Positions 1 through 11,017 of a DNA stretch of 64,000 nt are shown here, piece by piece. Location: positions 863-64,862 of IMG/VR virus record IMGVR_UViG_3300025913_000034. One strand, written 5' to 3'. The translations under genes were made by a program, and so were the position numbers. Every line of letters begins with the position of its first letter. Positions within the stretch are counted from its first letter, which is position 1. Under the pieces are notes generated by a model. That model was not told the DNA's origin, did not search any database, and was given only the letters and a program-made list of their open reading frames with translations. The DNA is from a virus (lineage: Duplodnaviria; Caudoviricetes).

Positions 1-354
1 GGCGACGTCGTGCGCAAGGCTGCCCGCGCTGCGGAACACCAGCGTGCCGGACGGGCCTCCACGTGGCAGGACGACGGCATGCGGCAGCCCCGCAGCGTCG
101 TGTACCTGATTGATGCGCCGTCGGTGCGCAACAGGAAGCGGCACCCCGACGAGAAGCCCCTCGCCACCGTCATACCGCTGGTCCGCGAGTGCACACCACT
201 CGGCGGTCTGGTCCTGGACCCGTTTGCGGGGTCCGGCTCCACGCTCGACGCGGCCCGCCAGTGCGGCCGGCGGTCGGTCGGGATCGAGAAGAACGAGCGG
301 TACGCCGAGGCCGCCGCAAAGCGGCTGAGTCAGCCAGTACTGGAGGCATCATGA
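1..354 (+). CDS. DNA N6-adenine/N4-cytosine methyltransferase, C-terminal part (5' truncated by window)
   Basis: HPDEKP followed by the SAM-binding motif [11 protein letters not shown] and GIE, typical of beta-class MTases; frame is open from base 1. Confidence 0.9.
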   Translation, partial: GDVVRKAARAAEHQRAGRASTWQDDGMRQPRSVVYLIDAPSVRNRKRHPDEKPLATVIPLVRECTPLGGLVLDPFAGSGSTLDAARQCGRRSVGIEKNERYAEAAAKRLSQPVLEAS

Positions 355-2515
355 CCGCCCGCCCCGTCCCGCGCGCGCAGCTGCCCGCCGACGCGACATG
401 CGTCCTGACCGCCGGCGGCGCCCCGCCGGACGAGCTGGAGCTGGCGCAGATCGAGCAGTTCCGGACCTTCCTGCGCTCCCACAAGGACATCGGCGAGACC
501 AAGGCCTGCGTCGTCACCTACGGCGACGGCAACTGCCCCCACATCCCCGACCGGGCGTACCCGGCCGACCCGAACCCGCACCTGGAGGCGTGACCATGGT
601 CGCCACGACCCCGTCCGGAAAGGTCATTACCTGCGACGGCTGCGGAGCTCCCATCGAGGAGGTCCGCGACGACATGAAGCACCCGGTGCTGTACCCGCAC
701 CAGTGGGCCGAGAAGAACGTGATCTACATCGTGTGCTCACCGCTGCCCGACGGCACCCAGCCATGCCTGAACCTCGCACGTCTGGCCGACGAGCTGTTCG
801 AAACCACCAAGTGCCGCGTCCCCGGCTGTACCGGCGACCGCTGCCACACCGCAAGGAGGAGCCAGACGTGACAACCGCTCCTGACCCGCAGACCACGCTG
901 ACCGCACGTGAGATCGCGCGCAAACACCTGACCGTCGACGGCATCACCCTCACCCCGGCCGACATCGTCGACGCCGTCAAGGCCTACTTCGGCGACGGCC
1001 TGGACACCGACACGCTCCAGTCCTGGTGCCTGGCACTGCGGGACGAACTGTCCCGCGCGAACGTCACCACCACGGTGTCCATGTCCTGGCCAGATGAGCA
1101 GCCGCCGACCCCGCTGGGCGCCCCCGAGCTGGAGACGGAGAACGCCCGACTGCGGGAAGAGCTCGAGGCAGCCCGGATACGGCTAGACCTGCTGGCCCTT
1201 CCCGTCACCACCGACGGACTACGCGCCGTCCTTGCGGTCGTCGAGCGGCGGGAAGCCGCGGAGTCCGGGATCCCCGAGCGTCAGGCGCAGCTGCTCGCGG
1301 CCATCCGCCGAGACGGCGGCGACTGGTCGCCGATGCGCGCATGCGACCAGCTGCGAATCGACGGCCACGTCGTCACACGCGAACGCGCCCAACAGATCAT
1401 GAAGCAGCTGGCCGAGCGCGGCTACCTGGAGCCAATCCGACCCCGCGCATACACCTACCGGCTCGTGACGTCTCAGCCGACGCCCCAGTGCACCAGCCAC
1501 GCGCACCCGGACTTCGTTGAAGACCAGACCATCCGTTGCGAGTTGCCGGCCGATCACACCTGGCACCGCAACGGTGAGAGGACGTGGATGCCGTGACCGC
1601 GCTCCCGTCCAAGCCCGTCTGGACCCGTGTCGACCCCTGGGAGTGGTCCGTCGTCGTGACCCTCGCCAGCGGCACCGAGCGGACGCGCCGCGTCTGCAAG
1701 ACCCGCTTCAAGGATCGGGGCCGCAAGGAGTGGTTCGTCCTGGACGACGGCCACGAGCCCTGGTGGCTGGCCTCGAACATCGACGACGCCAAGGACGAGT
1801 TCCTGCTGGCCTGGCACGGCTGGCGCCGCCCCTTCGGGTTCGTCGACGGCGACGGGACCCGGCCGATCTACGGCAAGAACGGCCTGCGCCGCGAGCGCTC
1901 CGTGATCCTTGCGGAGATCAAGGCCGCATACCGCGCCGAGCGGAGGGCTGGACGGTGACCGCGCTTGAGAACCTGGGGCAACTCATCGGCCCGGGCGCTG
2001 CCGAGGCCTTCAGCGAAGCCTTGATCAAGGCCCACGAGATTGGCGTACAGTCCGCACGCCAGTTTCCCAAGGTCGAGATCTACCGCTGGGTCTGCCCCGT
2101 CTGCAACGGCGCCGGCCGCTGCGAGTCCGGCGAACGCTGCCTGCACTGCCACGGCAACGGCCTCACCAACGACATCGGCGGCTGGGACCCCACCGAATGC
2201 ACACCCGCGCCCCGGCCGCCTGCTGTTATGGCCCGGCCCTGCGCCGACTGCGCATACCGGCCCGGCAGCCCCGAGGACGAATCCTCCATGACCATCAAGC
2301 TGCCCGGCCCGGACGAGCCGTTCTTCTGCCACTACGGCCTACACCGCATCGGCGACGGCTACGTCAACACCGCCACCATGGGCGAACTCCCGCTCGGCGC
2401 GATGCTGTGCGCCGGCTGGTGGGCGACCGCCAACGGGCAGCCCCGGCCCGAGAAGCCGTTCCGCGACCCCGGCGGCAACGACCGGCGCGCCGACGCACCG
2501 GAGCGTGCCCGATGA
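351..2515 (+). other. Run of small overlapping phage early genes (351-593, 596-871, 868-1596, 1593-1958, 1955-2515)
   Basis: ATGA/GTGA start-stop overlaps; CxxC motifs in 596-871 and 1955-2515 (CPVCNGAG, CLHCHGNG); winged-helix-like C-terminal segment in 868-1596. Confidence 0.7.
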
Positions 2516-2844
2516 CGCGCCAAGGAGACCGCCGCCGCTTCGCGATCGTCGGAGTCCTGGCCGAACGCGGCCCGTCCACCGCGATCAGCCTCTGCCACGC
2601 GCTGCACCGCGGTCCCGGCACGATCTACCCCGACCTGGTGGCACTGGAACAGCAGGGCCGCGTCGTCAGCTACTGGGGCGACGCCGTACCCGGAACCGAG
2701 CTGCGGCGCCGCATGTACCGGCTGGCCACCGACGACGAACGCCGCGACCACCAGCGCCGCCGCGAACAGCTGGAGGCGGCGAAGCGCGCACCCGCGAAGC
2801 CTCCGCTGCGCGTCGTACCGAAGCCCTGCGGCGGTGCGGCATGA
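2512..2844 (+). CDS. Winged helix-turn-helix (PadR/MarR-like) DNA-binding protein
   Basis: LAERGPSTAISLCHALHRGPGTIYPDLVALEQQGRVVSYW...RRRMYRL pattern. Confidence 0.75.
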   Translation: MTRQGDRRRFAIVGVLAERGPSTAISLCHALHRGPGTIYPDLVALEQQGRVVSYWGDAVPGTELRRRMYRLATDDERRDHQRRREQLEAAKRAPAKPPLRVVPKPCGGAA

Positions 2845-3185
2845 GCCGCCGCGCCGACCGCCGCCGCGAGGTCATCGAATGCCAGCTGCTACACGGCCCC
2901 GCGACAGTCCGGCAGCTGGCCCGCGTACTCCGGCGCCCGCAGCTCCTCATCTGGGACGACCTGACCGCTATGGAGAAAGCCGGCGCCGTCATCACCGAGT
3001 GGGTGCAACGCCCGGGCTGGCCCGACGGCGCGAAGGTCGCCGCCTACCGACTGCCGACGCTCGCCGAGACAGACACGCAGGCCGCGTATCAGGCCGCGAT
3101 GGAACAGCGGATACGCGCCGCGTTCCAGGCCCGGGCCGAACAGGTCGCGCCCGACACCACGACAACCCCAGGGGGAACATCATGA
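2841..3185 (+). CDS. Winged HTH protein, paralog of 2512-2844
   Basis: LLHGPATVRQLARVLRR...IWDDLTAMEKAGAVITEW...AYRL aligns by eye with the upstream ORF. Confidence 0.7.
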   Translation: MSRRADRRREVIECQLLHGPATVRQLARVLRRPQLLIWDDLTAMEKAGAVITEWVQRPGWPDGAKVAAYRLPTLAETDTQAAYQAAMEQRIRAAFQARAEQVAPDTTTTPGGTS

Positions 3186-6100
3186 ACGGCCAACCCGAGC
3201 CGCCCACCGCGCTTGACCACGCCACCAGCCGCTGGCACGAGACCAACATCGCCATCGGCGAAGCCTCCGGTCACGGCAACCCGCCCGACCCGTACCGCTA
3301 CGCCGCACTCCTGGACGCCCGCGCCGGCTGGTGGGACCACCTCGGCCAGCTCGCCGACCGCGCTGCCGGCACCGGCCCGGGCGTCATCCGCGACCTCTAT
3401 GCCATCGCCTGCACCTACGCGGCCGAGCTCGACCGCCAGGGCGCCGCCGAGGTCCGGTTCCGGCACCGCATCCCCACGCTGCACCCCGGTGCCGAAGCGA
3501 CCCGTCTCGGCCTGGATGGCGAGCCCGGCCACCGCTGCGAACAGTGCTGGCGCCCGTGGCAGATGGACCGTGACGGCGCCTGCGAGGCCTGCCCCGACCT
3601 GATCTGGGGGATCACGCCGCACAGCCGGGACGAGGCCTCCGCCTACCCGCCGGGGCAGCCGTGGGAGCCGGTGGCCCGGTACCCGGAGGACGACGAATGA
3701 TCCTCACCACCAAGACCGAGGTCGACGAGGGTAAGCGCGCGCTCGTCGAGGAAGTCGACGAGGCCGCCGCCGCCATCGCACGCTGGCAGGCCGACCCCAC
3801 CGATAGGAAGCGGTTCACCGCCGCTGACAACGCGATGATGCGGGCCGGCGCCGCGCTCGCCGAGTACGAGCAGACGCTGAAGACCTGGGCGGCCGGACCG
3901 AGCACAGTCGGACAGGAGAAGCGATGAGCACCGACACGCCGCCGCCACGCGAAGCCCGGCTTCCCAGCGGCACCTACGAAGGCAGCTGGTACGACGACCA
4001 GCCGATCACCGCGCAGCAACTGGCCGGGCTCAGCGACAGCGTTGAGTCCGGCGAGTTGCCCAGCTACTCGCGGTTCGTCGTACGTAAAGTGCTGGCCGAG
4101 GTCGAGCGGCTCGGTGGCGAGCTCGGGCAGCTCCTCGAGGAGAAGGCCGCCGCATTCGTCGACGCCACCACGATGTTCCGCGGCCTGACCATCCGCGATG
4201 GACAGGCCCACCTCGAGATCGAACCGGCCCGCGAGATGATCCTGATCTGGTGCGCCTCGGTCCGGGCCATGCTCGACGAACACCTGGCCCAGAACTACAC
4301 CGAGACCGAACTGGAGATGCCGGCGAACTCGGTGTCGCTGGACATCCAGGACGGCCAGAACCCCACCGACTCCTACACGCTCACGCTCCAACGCCGGTAC
4401 GGCAAGACGCCGCACCAGCTGCGGATGGAGGCCGAACGGGAACGGGACGAGCTGCGCGAACGGCTCGCCGAGATCGGCGGATTGCGGCCTGACCGCGAAG
4501 TCGGCATCCAGCGTCCCGGCGAAGAAGTCGAGCAGTGGTGCGGCTACTCGGACCTTCAGGTCCAGGCGTCGGCGGCCGATACGGGCGCGAAGTTTATGGA
4601 GCGAACTGCATACCGGACCAGTTGGACTGAGGTGACCCACCGTGTCTGAGCCGATGAGCGACGCCCGCCTGGAGCAGCTTGCCGGACTGGCCGAGCTGCC
4701 GTGCAGTTGCAACGACGCTGACTGCGGCAACTACACCAGCGCGCTGACAGCCGTCGAGACGCTGGAGCTGGTGGCCGAGGCGAAGCGGGCCAGCGCCGAG
4801 CTGGCGAAGCTGCGCCCCGAGTACGGCGTCCGCGTCAGATACACCAGCACGCGCATACGCGAAGAAGCCATCAGCGACAACGCCGGCGACGCCCGCGAGC
4901 AGGCCGCGAAGGTTGCCGAGAACCCCAACGTGGTGAGCGCGGTGCCGCTCAAGCGTCCGGCCGGCGAGTGGGAGGAGCTGGGCGCTGATGCCTGAGCTGA
5001 TCAGCGTGGCCGTCGCGCTCGCCGCCGCCTACGTCCTCGGCTGGTGCGGACGCGGTGAGCGGGAGAAGCGGCTCGCGCGGCAGCCCAAGACGCTCAAGCA
5101 GCTCGCGCGCGAACAGGGCGTGAAGCCGTGGACGAGCATCGACGACATGCCGACGGCGCGGCACGACCTGTTCAGCGCCGAGGACCTGGCCAGGTGGGAT
5201 GCGGCGGTCCGGGAGGCGAGAGGGCAGTGACGAAGCGAAAGCGGAAGCCGAAGCGGAAGGTCGCTCCCGGGTGGTGGTGGCGATTCCCGGTGATGTGTGC
5301 GGTGCTGGCGCTGCCCGTGCTGCCGATGCTGGGGCCCGGATGGGTGCTCGCGCACGTCTCAGACCTCGTTGCGAGGGTGCCATGACCAAGGCACCACGCA
5401 CGCTTCCCGAGCAGATCCCGAACATCGACGACGTGCGCGCCGGCCGCGCCATCATCCGCACGCCACGAGGCGTCTACATGGCCGCCGAAGTCGCCGAGAA
5501 GCTGAAGAAGGCTGCGAAGCCGGACGACCCGTGGAGCAGCCCCTACGCACTGTTCGGCGTACCGATCTACGTGGTGCCGCCGGCGCGTAAGGCCCCGTGG
5601 CGGGTCCGTGCCTGGCGGCGACTACGGAAGGCGGCCGGACGATGAGCGACCCAACCCCGGTGAACGGCGTCATGCCCCAGCGCTACCACCAGCGCGAATG
5701 GCTGAAGGAGTTCGGCCACCCCCAGGCGCACGTCCACGCGGCCCAGTGGCTACACGCCGAGGACAAACGAGACCTCGACGCGATCCAAGCGCTCACCGAA
5801 CACGGACATCAACTCGGCGAGAAGCTGACCGTCTGGCCGACATTCCCTGGCACCGGCGGCAACGTCGAGATCGGTAGCTGGGTCATGCGGGACCGGCACG
5901 GCAACGTGTTCGTGATGTTCGACGAGCACTTCAGGAACCGCTACGAGGAGTGCCATGACGCCGGTCATTGAGAACACGATCACCGACCTGACCAGTATCG
6001 CCGTCTTCGTCACCGCCTGGTGGGTGCTCGTCATCGGCGTCGCCCGCGAGATCGGATGGTGGCCGCGGTGAACACCCCGATGCACGCCGCCGATCTGCTG

Positions 6101-6918
6101 ACGATCGTCGCCACCGGCAACGGCCAGGACGTCCTCGACGCCGTAGAAGCGATGACCGTCCTACACGGCCAGTTCCTGACCGCGCTCATGATGCGCACCG
6201 TCCTGGACCGGCTCGACGCCGAGAAGCTCATGCGGCTCGGCGACTGGGACTTCGGAGGCGAGTCGATGCGGTGGACACCCGAGCCGGCCGAGCCCGTCGA
6301 CGGCGTCGCGACACTGGCCGCAGCCGAGCCGACCAATCCCGCAGCGACAAAGGAGCGACCGTCATGACCAGCATCGCTGGCGACAATCCGGCCAGCCGTC
6401 GGCCGCGATCGCGAACCAAGACGGCCGCCGAGTGGGGCGGCCACCACTGGATCGCGTTCCTCCTGGCGGGAATCGCCGTAGGGCCATTCCTTGCCAGGTT
6501 TTCCTCCCCGTGGGACAGCCCCCTCAGGACCGCAGTCACAGCGGTCATGGCCCTGGCCCTCTTCCTAGGGCTGCGACACGACGCGAAGCTGTGCGAGCGG
6601 TGCGCCGTCCGGATGCCGTTGGACGGCAACGCTGAAGCGGCACGACACGCGCGACAGCTGCACCTGATGCACCGCCCTGCCCTGTGGCTCGCCCTCGTTC
6701 TTGCCGGGCTTCCCATGACGTTCCTGCCGCCGTGGTGGGCGGCGTTCGCTGGTGAGGTCGCCGCCGTGCCGTTGTCGATGTATGCGTGGGTGTCCTCGCG
6801 TACCCACCGGCGGCTCTACCCGTGGTGCCCGCGCTGCAACTGGGGCGACGGCGGCGACGGGATCCGAGAACCGAGCCCGGACCCGTCCATCGACGCACCC
6901 AGCCCGCAGATGGCCTGA
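3182..6918 (+). other. Run of hypothetical early genes (3182-3700, 3697-3927, 3924-4649, 4642-4995, 4988-5230, 5382-5645, 5642-5971, about 6068-6367, 6364-6918 membrane protein)
   Basis: Tightly coupled ORFs with GC3-biased codons; hydrophobic segments in 6364-6918. Confidence 0.65.
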
Positions 6919-7376
6919 TGGGTGCACCAACAACCGACGAGAAAGAGGTCCACGTGGCGACCGAGAACCCCGCGGTGCGACCGGGCCACGGCCCCGGCGT
7001 GCCCGGCGCCATGCACCTGGAGGCCTTCGGCCAGAGCATCGCCGACGCATTCGGTAAGTGCCCGTACCAGGTCGGATCCTCGACGACCAGCAAGACCTGG
7101 CGCGACGTCGACGTGCGGCTGATCCTTGACGACGACCAGTTCCACGCGCTGTTCCCCGGCTTCGCTACGGCGAACCACGTCGACGCCTTCTGGTCGCTGA
7201 TCTGCGCCGCGCTGTCCGAGCTCGGCCGGGCCCGCACCGGGCTCCCGATCGACTTTCAGATCCAGTCGATGACCGAGGCGAACGAGAAGTACCCGGGCGG
7301 GATCCGCAACCCGCTGATGCTGATACGGGCCCGCGACGAGCACAAGCCCACCATGAAGGAGGCCAGCCGTGCATGA
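6918..7376 (+). CDS. Minimal nucleotidyltransferase (Pol beta superfamily-like)
   Basis: hGS...DhDh signature YQVGSSTTSKTWRDVDVRLIL, with a possible third Asp in LPIDFQI; alternative start GTG 6954. Confidence 0.65.
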   Translation: MGAPTTDEKEVHVATENPAVRPGHGPGVPGAMHLEAFGQSIADAFGKCPYQVGSSTTSKTWRDVDVRLILDDDQFHALFPGFATANHVDAFWSLICAALSELGRARTGLPIDFQIQSMTEANEKYPGGIRNPLMLIRARDEHKPTMKEASRA

Positions 7377-7977
7377 CCCGTACGTCGTGGCATGGGAGAT
7401 CAAGCGCCCGTGGCCCAGCAGCTACCAGACGAACAACCGCCGGCGCCGCTACTGGCCAGCGATGATCACCGTATGGCACTACGAACCCGACGGCCACAAC
7501 TGGGGCACCAAATGCAACCGCCGCGGCCACTGGCGCTGGCACGTGCACCACTACCGCGTCCAGGTGCGTCCCCTGCAGCACCTGCGCCGCAGGGTTCTGA
7601 CGCGCTGCGCCTGGTGCGGCGGTCGAAGCCGCAAACACGACTGCGTCAACTTCGGGACCTCCTGGAACGGCGTCCGCAGCCGCTGGTGGCGCAGCGAGGC
7701 CGGCCTCATGCACCACGACTGCCACACCGTCTGGGGCGTCAGCCGCAAGTGCCTATGCGAGGTCCCGGACGTCAGCGACGGCTACGGCAGGTGCCGCCAC
7801 TGCGACAAGTTCCGCGCATGGGGCGCCGACGTCAGCGAAGCCGACCTGCTCCTCGCCGAGCTCCCAACCGGCAGCCGGATCCCGGTCGAGCTGCGGCCCC
7901 GACTCGAAGCGATCTGGGACGAACGGCTCCGGGCCCGTGGCGTCGACCCCTCGACCACCGTTAAGCCGTGGAGGTAG
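7369..7977 (+). CDS. Hypothetical Cys/His/Trp-rich protein
   Basis: ORF with CAWC and CRHC motifs, overlapping its neighbours. Confidence 0.65.
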   Translation: MHDPYVVAWEIKRPWPSSYQTNNRRRRYWPAMITVWHYEPDGHNWGTKCNRRGHWRWHVHHYRVQVRPLQHLRRRVLTRCAWCGGRSRKHDCVNFGTSWNGVRSRWWRSEAGLMHHDCHTVWGVSRKCLCEVPDVSDGYGRCRHCDKFRAWGADVSEADLLLAELPTGSRIPVELRPRLEAIWDERLRARGVDPSTTVKPWR

Positions 7978-7979
7978 CG

Positions 7980-8966
7980 ATGGAGGAGCAACCCAGGATC
8001 GCGCTCGCCGACTACCTCCAGGAGTCCGAGATCGAGACACACATCCTCGTCCAGGAGGAAGACTCCGTCCGGGCGGACTGGTGGCGCGCCAGCTGCGGAC
8101 TCCACGACTGGTACACCACCGGCAGCAGGCCCAACGTCGAGGACGCCGCTGCCCATCACGTTGCCTGGGACCACACAGCATGCGCGGCCCTCGACCCCGA
8201 CTCACCCGCCGACGCCCCGCTGTACTGCCGCATGCTCCCCGGTCACGGCGACGACCACGCGAACGGCGGCCGCTGCTGGGCCAACGACCGGCCGCCGGCC
8301 GTGACGCCGAACCGCCGTGAAGCGGCCGCGCCGATTACGCGGCCCGCCTCGCACTACTTCGCCGATGAGCGCAGCCGCAAGGCCTTCCTCGCGCTTTTCG
8401 GCGATGAGCTGGACGCCTGGTTCACGCCCGACTTCGCGCAGTACGTCCGCACCGGCAGCTACCCGGCGGCCGGCGGCGTGCAGCAGCCGGAAACGAGCAT
8501 CAGCGCCGCGCCAGAGCTCGAAGAGATCCGCGCCCGCAACCGGCGCCTGGCGGACGTCCCCTTCCAGACACACGGCACGATCCACGGGCGCGCCTGCATC
8601 CCCTGCGAACTAGTGCGGGCCATCAGCGACGTGACCGCGCTGCTGGAGATCGTGGACGGGCTCAGCGCAGTACCCGACACGACGCCCTTCGCGATGCAGC
8701 AGCCAGAGTACGAAGCCGAGAACCGGCGACTGTGGGAGGACCTTGCCCGGGCCAACCTGGCGCGTGGCGAAGCCGACCTGCGCGTCGCTCAGCTGCGGCT
8801 TGTACTGAGCTCGACACTGCGGGCGTTCACCAAGAAACGACGCCGGCGCGGCCGCGAAACGCTGCGAACCAACTGGATCGAGGCGGCGACCATCGAACGT
8901 GGGTGGCGCGTCTTCGAGGAGACAAGGCGAACGGGGGCGCCTGGGCAACTGGGGCGCAAGCCATGA
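7980..8966 (+). CDS. Hypothetical protein with C-terminal coiled coil
   Basis: GGAGG upstream of ATG; long ORF. Confidence 0.6.
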   Translation: MEEQPRIALADYLQESEIETHILVQEEDSVRADWWRASCGLHDWYTTGSRPNVEDAAAHHVAWDHTACAALDPDSPADAPLYCRMLPGHGDDHANGGRCWANDRPPAVTPNRREAAAPITRPASHYFADERSRKAFLALFGDELDAWFTPDFAQYVRTGSYPAAGGVQQPETSISAAPELEEIRARNRRLADVPFQTHGTIHGRACIPCELVRAISDVTALLEIVDGLSAVPDTTPFAMQQPEYEAENRRLWEDLARANLARGEADLRVAQLRLVLSSTLRAFTKKRRRRGRETLRTNWIEAATIERGWRVFEETRRTGAPGQLGRKP

Positions 8967-9734
8967 GCGACGCGTGGGCCAACGGCATCCTCGTTGCGTT
9001 CATCGCGTTCGCCTTGATCGTAACGATCGCGTTTGCCGTTACGACCGGCTATGACGACAGGGGGAAGCGGTGAAGAGGTGGGGCTGATGGAGACGGAAGG
9101 CCTGGAGTGGATCGGTTGGTTGCTGCGCGCCTGTCGGGCAGTCCGCGCCATCGGGTGGTGGGCGCGCCTTTCCCTGCGCTACGCGTTGATCACCGCCGTC
9201 ACAGATGAGGCCTCTCGCTTGGCGGCCGAGCTGGCAGCGGCAAAGCCCCCGCCCAGCGGTGCACTTCGACAGTCGCTCAGGAAGGGAATCCAATGAGCCC
9301 GCTGGACTACCTGCGTGCCATGGCCGGGCGCCGGAAGCCGGCCACCGGCGGCATCGTGCGGTACGACCCCGCGAAGCCGATCATCACGCCGAACCACTGT
9401 TACGTTCAGCGCCCAGCCCCGGAACACGCGCCGGCATATGCAAAACTGACAATTCGGCTGGGTGGCCCGACACCTGAGGACGTGCGGAGGATGGCGGAGG
9501 GCCTGCGGCTGCCCGTCTCTGCAATGCCAGGGCCAGCCAAGTGCGAACAGCAGGCACAGGCTGCAGGACGCTCGCCGGCCGCAGCCGAAACGGGGTGCCC
9601 CTGCGGCGTGATCTACAGCCGCTGCTACTACCCGGTAACGCACGCGGCACCGAGGCGCTAACCCGAACCGGCTGCGCGGCCGACCCCCGGAGCCGTAGCC
9701 TGACCGCCCAGCCTCTCCATCGAATCGGGAAACG

Positions 9735-10370
9735 ATGAGCGCCATAAACCTGGGAGACCTCCCCACCTGGATCGCAGGACTCGGAGCCTTCGCCGCGGTC
9801 GCCACGGCCCTATGGGTCGCCCACGACGGCAACACGAAGAACGAGGCCCACCGCCTCGAAGACCGCGGCCACGCCCTGACCGATTTGATCGAGGAACGTC
9901 GGCGAGCCGACAAAGCCCTGCTGGAAGAGCGTGCAATCGCCCAGGAAAACCTCGCCGACGAGCGGAAGCTCGCCGCCGGCCAGCGCCGTGCCGACCACCT
10001 GACCCGGCTGCTGCTCGAGGTCTACGACCTGTACGGCGCGTCCGTCGGGACCACCTCTGCGCCCGTGCGCAACGACGCCCTGTTCCGGATCCGGCCGCGA
10101 CTCGCCGTCCTACCGCCCGAGCTTGCCGTCGCCATCCGCATCGGAGTCAGTGACTCGACCTCAACCGAGAGCCGGCGCAACAAGGAAGCGTGGCTGCGAC
10201 ACCGGCTTGGTCTCCCCCAGGTGCCGAAGTCCAACGGGATCACCTGGGAGATCGTGAGCCGCGAAGCCGAGTTCGACCTGTGGTGGGTGCAGCAGATCGA
10301 CGCGCCCCGGCTGGACCACCATCCGTATCCGTGGCACGACTTCGATACCCTACGCAACGCCGAGGACTAA
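9735..10370 (+). CDS. Membrane-anchored coiled-coil protein
   Basis: N-terminal hydrophobic helix WIAGLGAFAAVATALWV, then EERR-rich helical repeats. Confidence 0.65.
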   Translation: MSAINLGDLPTWIAGLGAFAAVATALWVAHDGNTKNEAHRLEDRGHALTDLIEERRRADKALLEERAIAQENLADERKLAAGQRRADHLTRLLLEVYDLYGASVGTTSAPVRNDALFRIRPRLAVLPPELAVAIRIGVSDSTSTESRRNKEAWLRHRLGLPQVPKSNGITWEIVSREAEFDLWWVQQIDAPRLDHHPYPWHDFDTLRNAED

Positions 10371-10410
10371 GAACACGGTGAGGCCCGGCTCAGGCTGGCG
10401 GTCAAACCGT

Positions 10411-10439
10411 TCGCCAGCATCCTGACCAACGGCTACCGT
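10411..10439 (+). promoter_or_regulatory. Putative sigma70-type promoter of the Y-RNA/Ro60 operon
   Basis: TCGCCA (10411-16), 17-nt spacer, TACCGT (10434-39; TANNNT), about 7 nt upstream of the first Y-RNA-like element. Confidence 0.5.
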
Positions 10440-10446
10440 GAGGGAC

Positions 10447-10522
10447 GTCCAGGTGCGACGGGCAACTCGGTTACTTCTTTCGCAAAGGTGCTAAACCGAA
10501 CCGCCCATACGGATCTCTGGGC
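10447..10522 (+). ncRNA. Y-RNA-like element 1 (short, no T/D arms)
   Basis: Terminal stem GTCCAG/CTGGGC; GGTGCG...GGATCT Ro-type helix; GGTTACTTC motif shared with element 2. Confidence 0.65.
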
Positions 10523-10542
10523 ACTGAAAACAACAGAGCTTC

Positions 10543-10674
10543 CCCGCTGGGTGCGCAGGCCGTGGTTACTTCACCTGTTAAGTGAGTGTTGCCGGTTCGA
10601 GTCCGGCCGGGTTTCGGCCCGTAGCTTAATTGGCAAAGCGCTACGTCACCGCAGCCGTCTTGATCTCCGGCGGG
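10543..10674 (+). ncRNA. YrlA-type Y RNA 2 with circularly permuted tRNA-Asn(GTT)-like domain
   Basis: Terminal stem CCCGCTGG/CCGGCGGG; GGTGCG...TTGATCT; TTCAC-CTGTTAA-GTGAG anticodon arm; GCCGG-TTCGAGT-CCGGC T arm; acceptor stem closed by TTCG; GCTT-AATTGGCA-AAGC D arm. Confidence 0.88.
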
Positions 10675-10690
10675 TCCAACTTCATAAGCA

Positions 10691-10808
10691 CCTCCCGGTG
10701 CGCTGGTCGCGGGTACTTCTTGCAGAGGATCGGTTCGAATCCGAGCGCCGCTTCGGCGGTGACGACGTATGGCTACGTCAAATCCGCTGCCAACCTGACC
10801 TCGGGAGG
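10691..10808 (+). ncRNA. YrlA-type Y RNA 3
   Basis: Terminal stem CCTCCCG/CGGGAGG; GGTGCG...CTGACCT; T arm TCGG-TTCGAAT-CCGA; CGCCGC-TTCG-GCGGTG closed acceptor-like stem; GACGTA-TGGC-TACGTC at the D-arm position. Confidence 0.82.
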
Positions 10809-10822
10809 AGCACACAGACTTC

Positions 10823-10970
10823 GGTCGCGCCCGGTGCGCAGGCGGCGAGTTCATCCTTTGGGAGGACGAGGTCGCCGGTTCAAATCCGGCCCACCCCGGG
10901 AAGCCGGGGCGGTGGCTCAGCCTGGTAGAGCGCGTAAATTCTCGCAGCCGAGTTGACCTCGGGCGCGACC
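10823..10970 (+). ncRNA. YrlA-type Y RNA 4 with permuted tRNA-Pro(TGG)-like domain
   Basis: 11-bp terminal stem GGTCGCGCCCG/CGGGCGCGACC; GGTGCG...TTGACCT; TTTGGGA loop; GCCGG-TTCAAAT-CCGGC T arm; GCTC-AGCCTGGTA-GAGC D arm. Confidence 0.88.
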
Positions 10971-10978
10971 GTCTGATC

Positions 10979-11013
10979 AGGGCTCCTTCCGCACACCAGC
11001 AGGAAGGAGCCCT
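10979..11013 (+). promoter_or_regulatory. Hairpin sequestering the Ro60 Shine-Dalgarno sequence
   Basis: Perfect 12-bp inverted repeat AGGGCTCCTTCC/GGAAGGAGCCCT; the 3' arm contains GGAAGGAG just upstream of ATG 11018. Confidence 0.6.
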
Positions 11014-11017
11014 CTCC

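Noticed and set aside
10375-10440. Long imperfect hairpin as a fifth Y RNA
   Set aside because: Lacks the GGTGCG/TGACCT helix and overlaps the predicted promoter
10447-10970. Repeated GGTGCG units as a CRISPR array or as ordinary tRNA genes
   Set aside because: No identical direct repeats and no cas genes; arm order is permuted (T before D) with sealed acceptor stems, so these are not chargeable tRNAs
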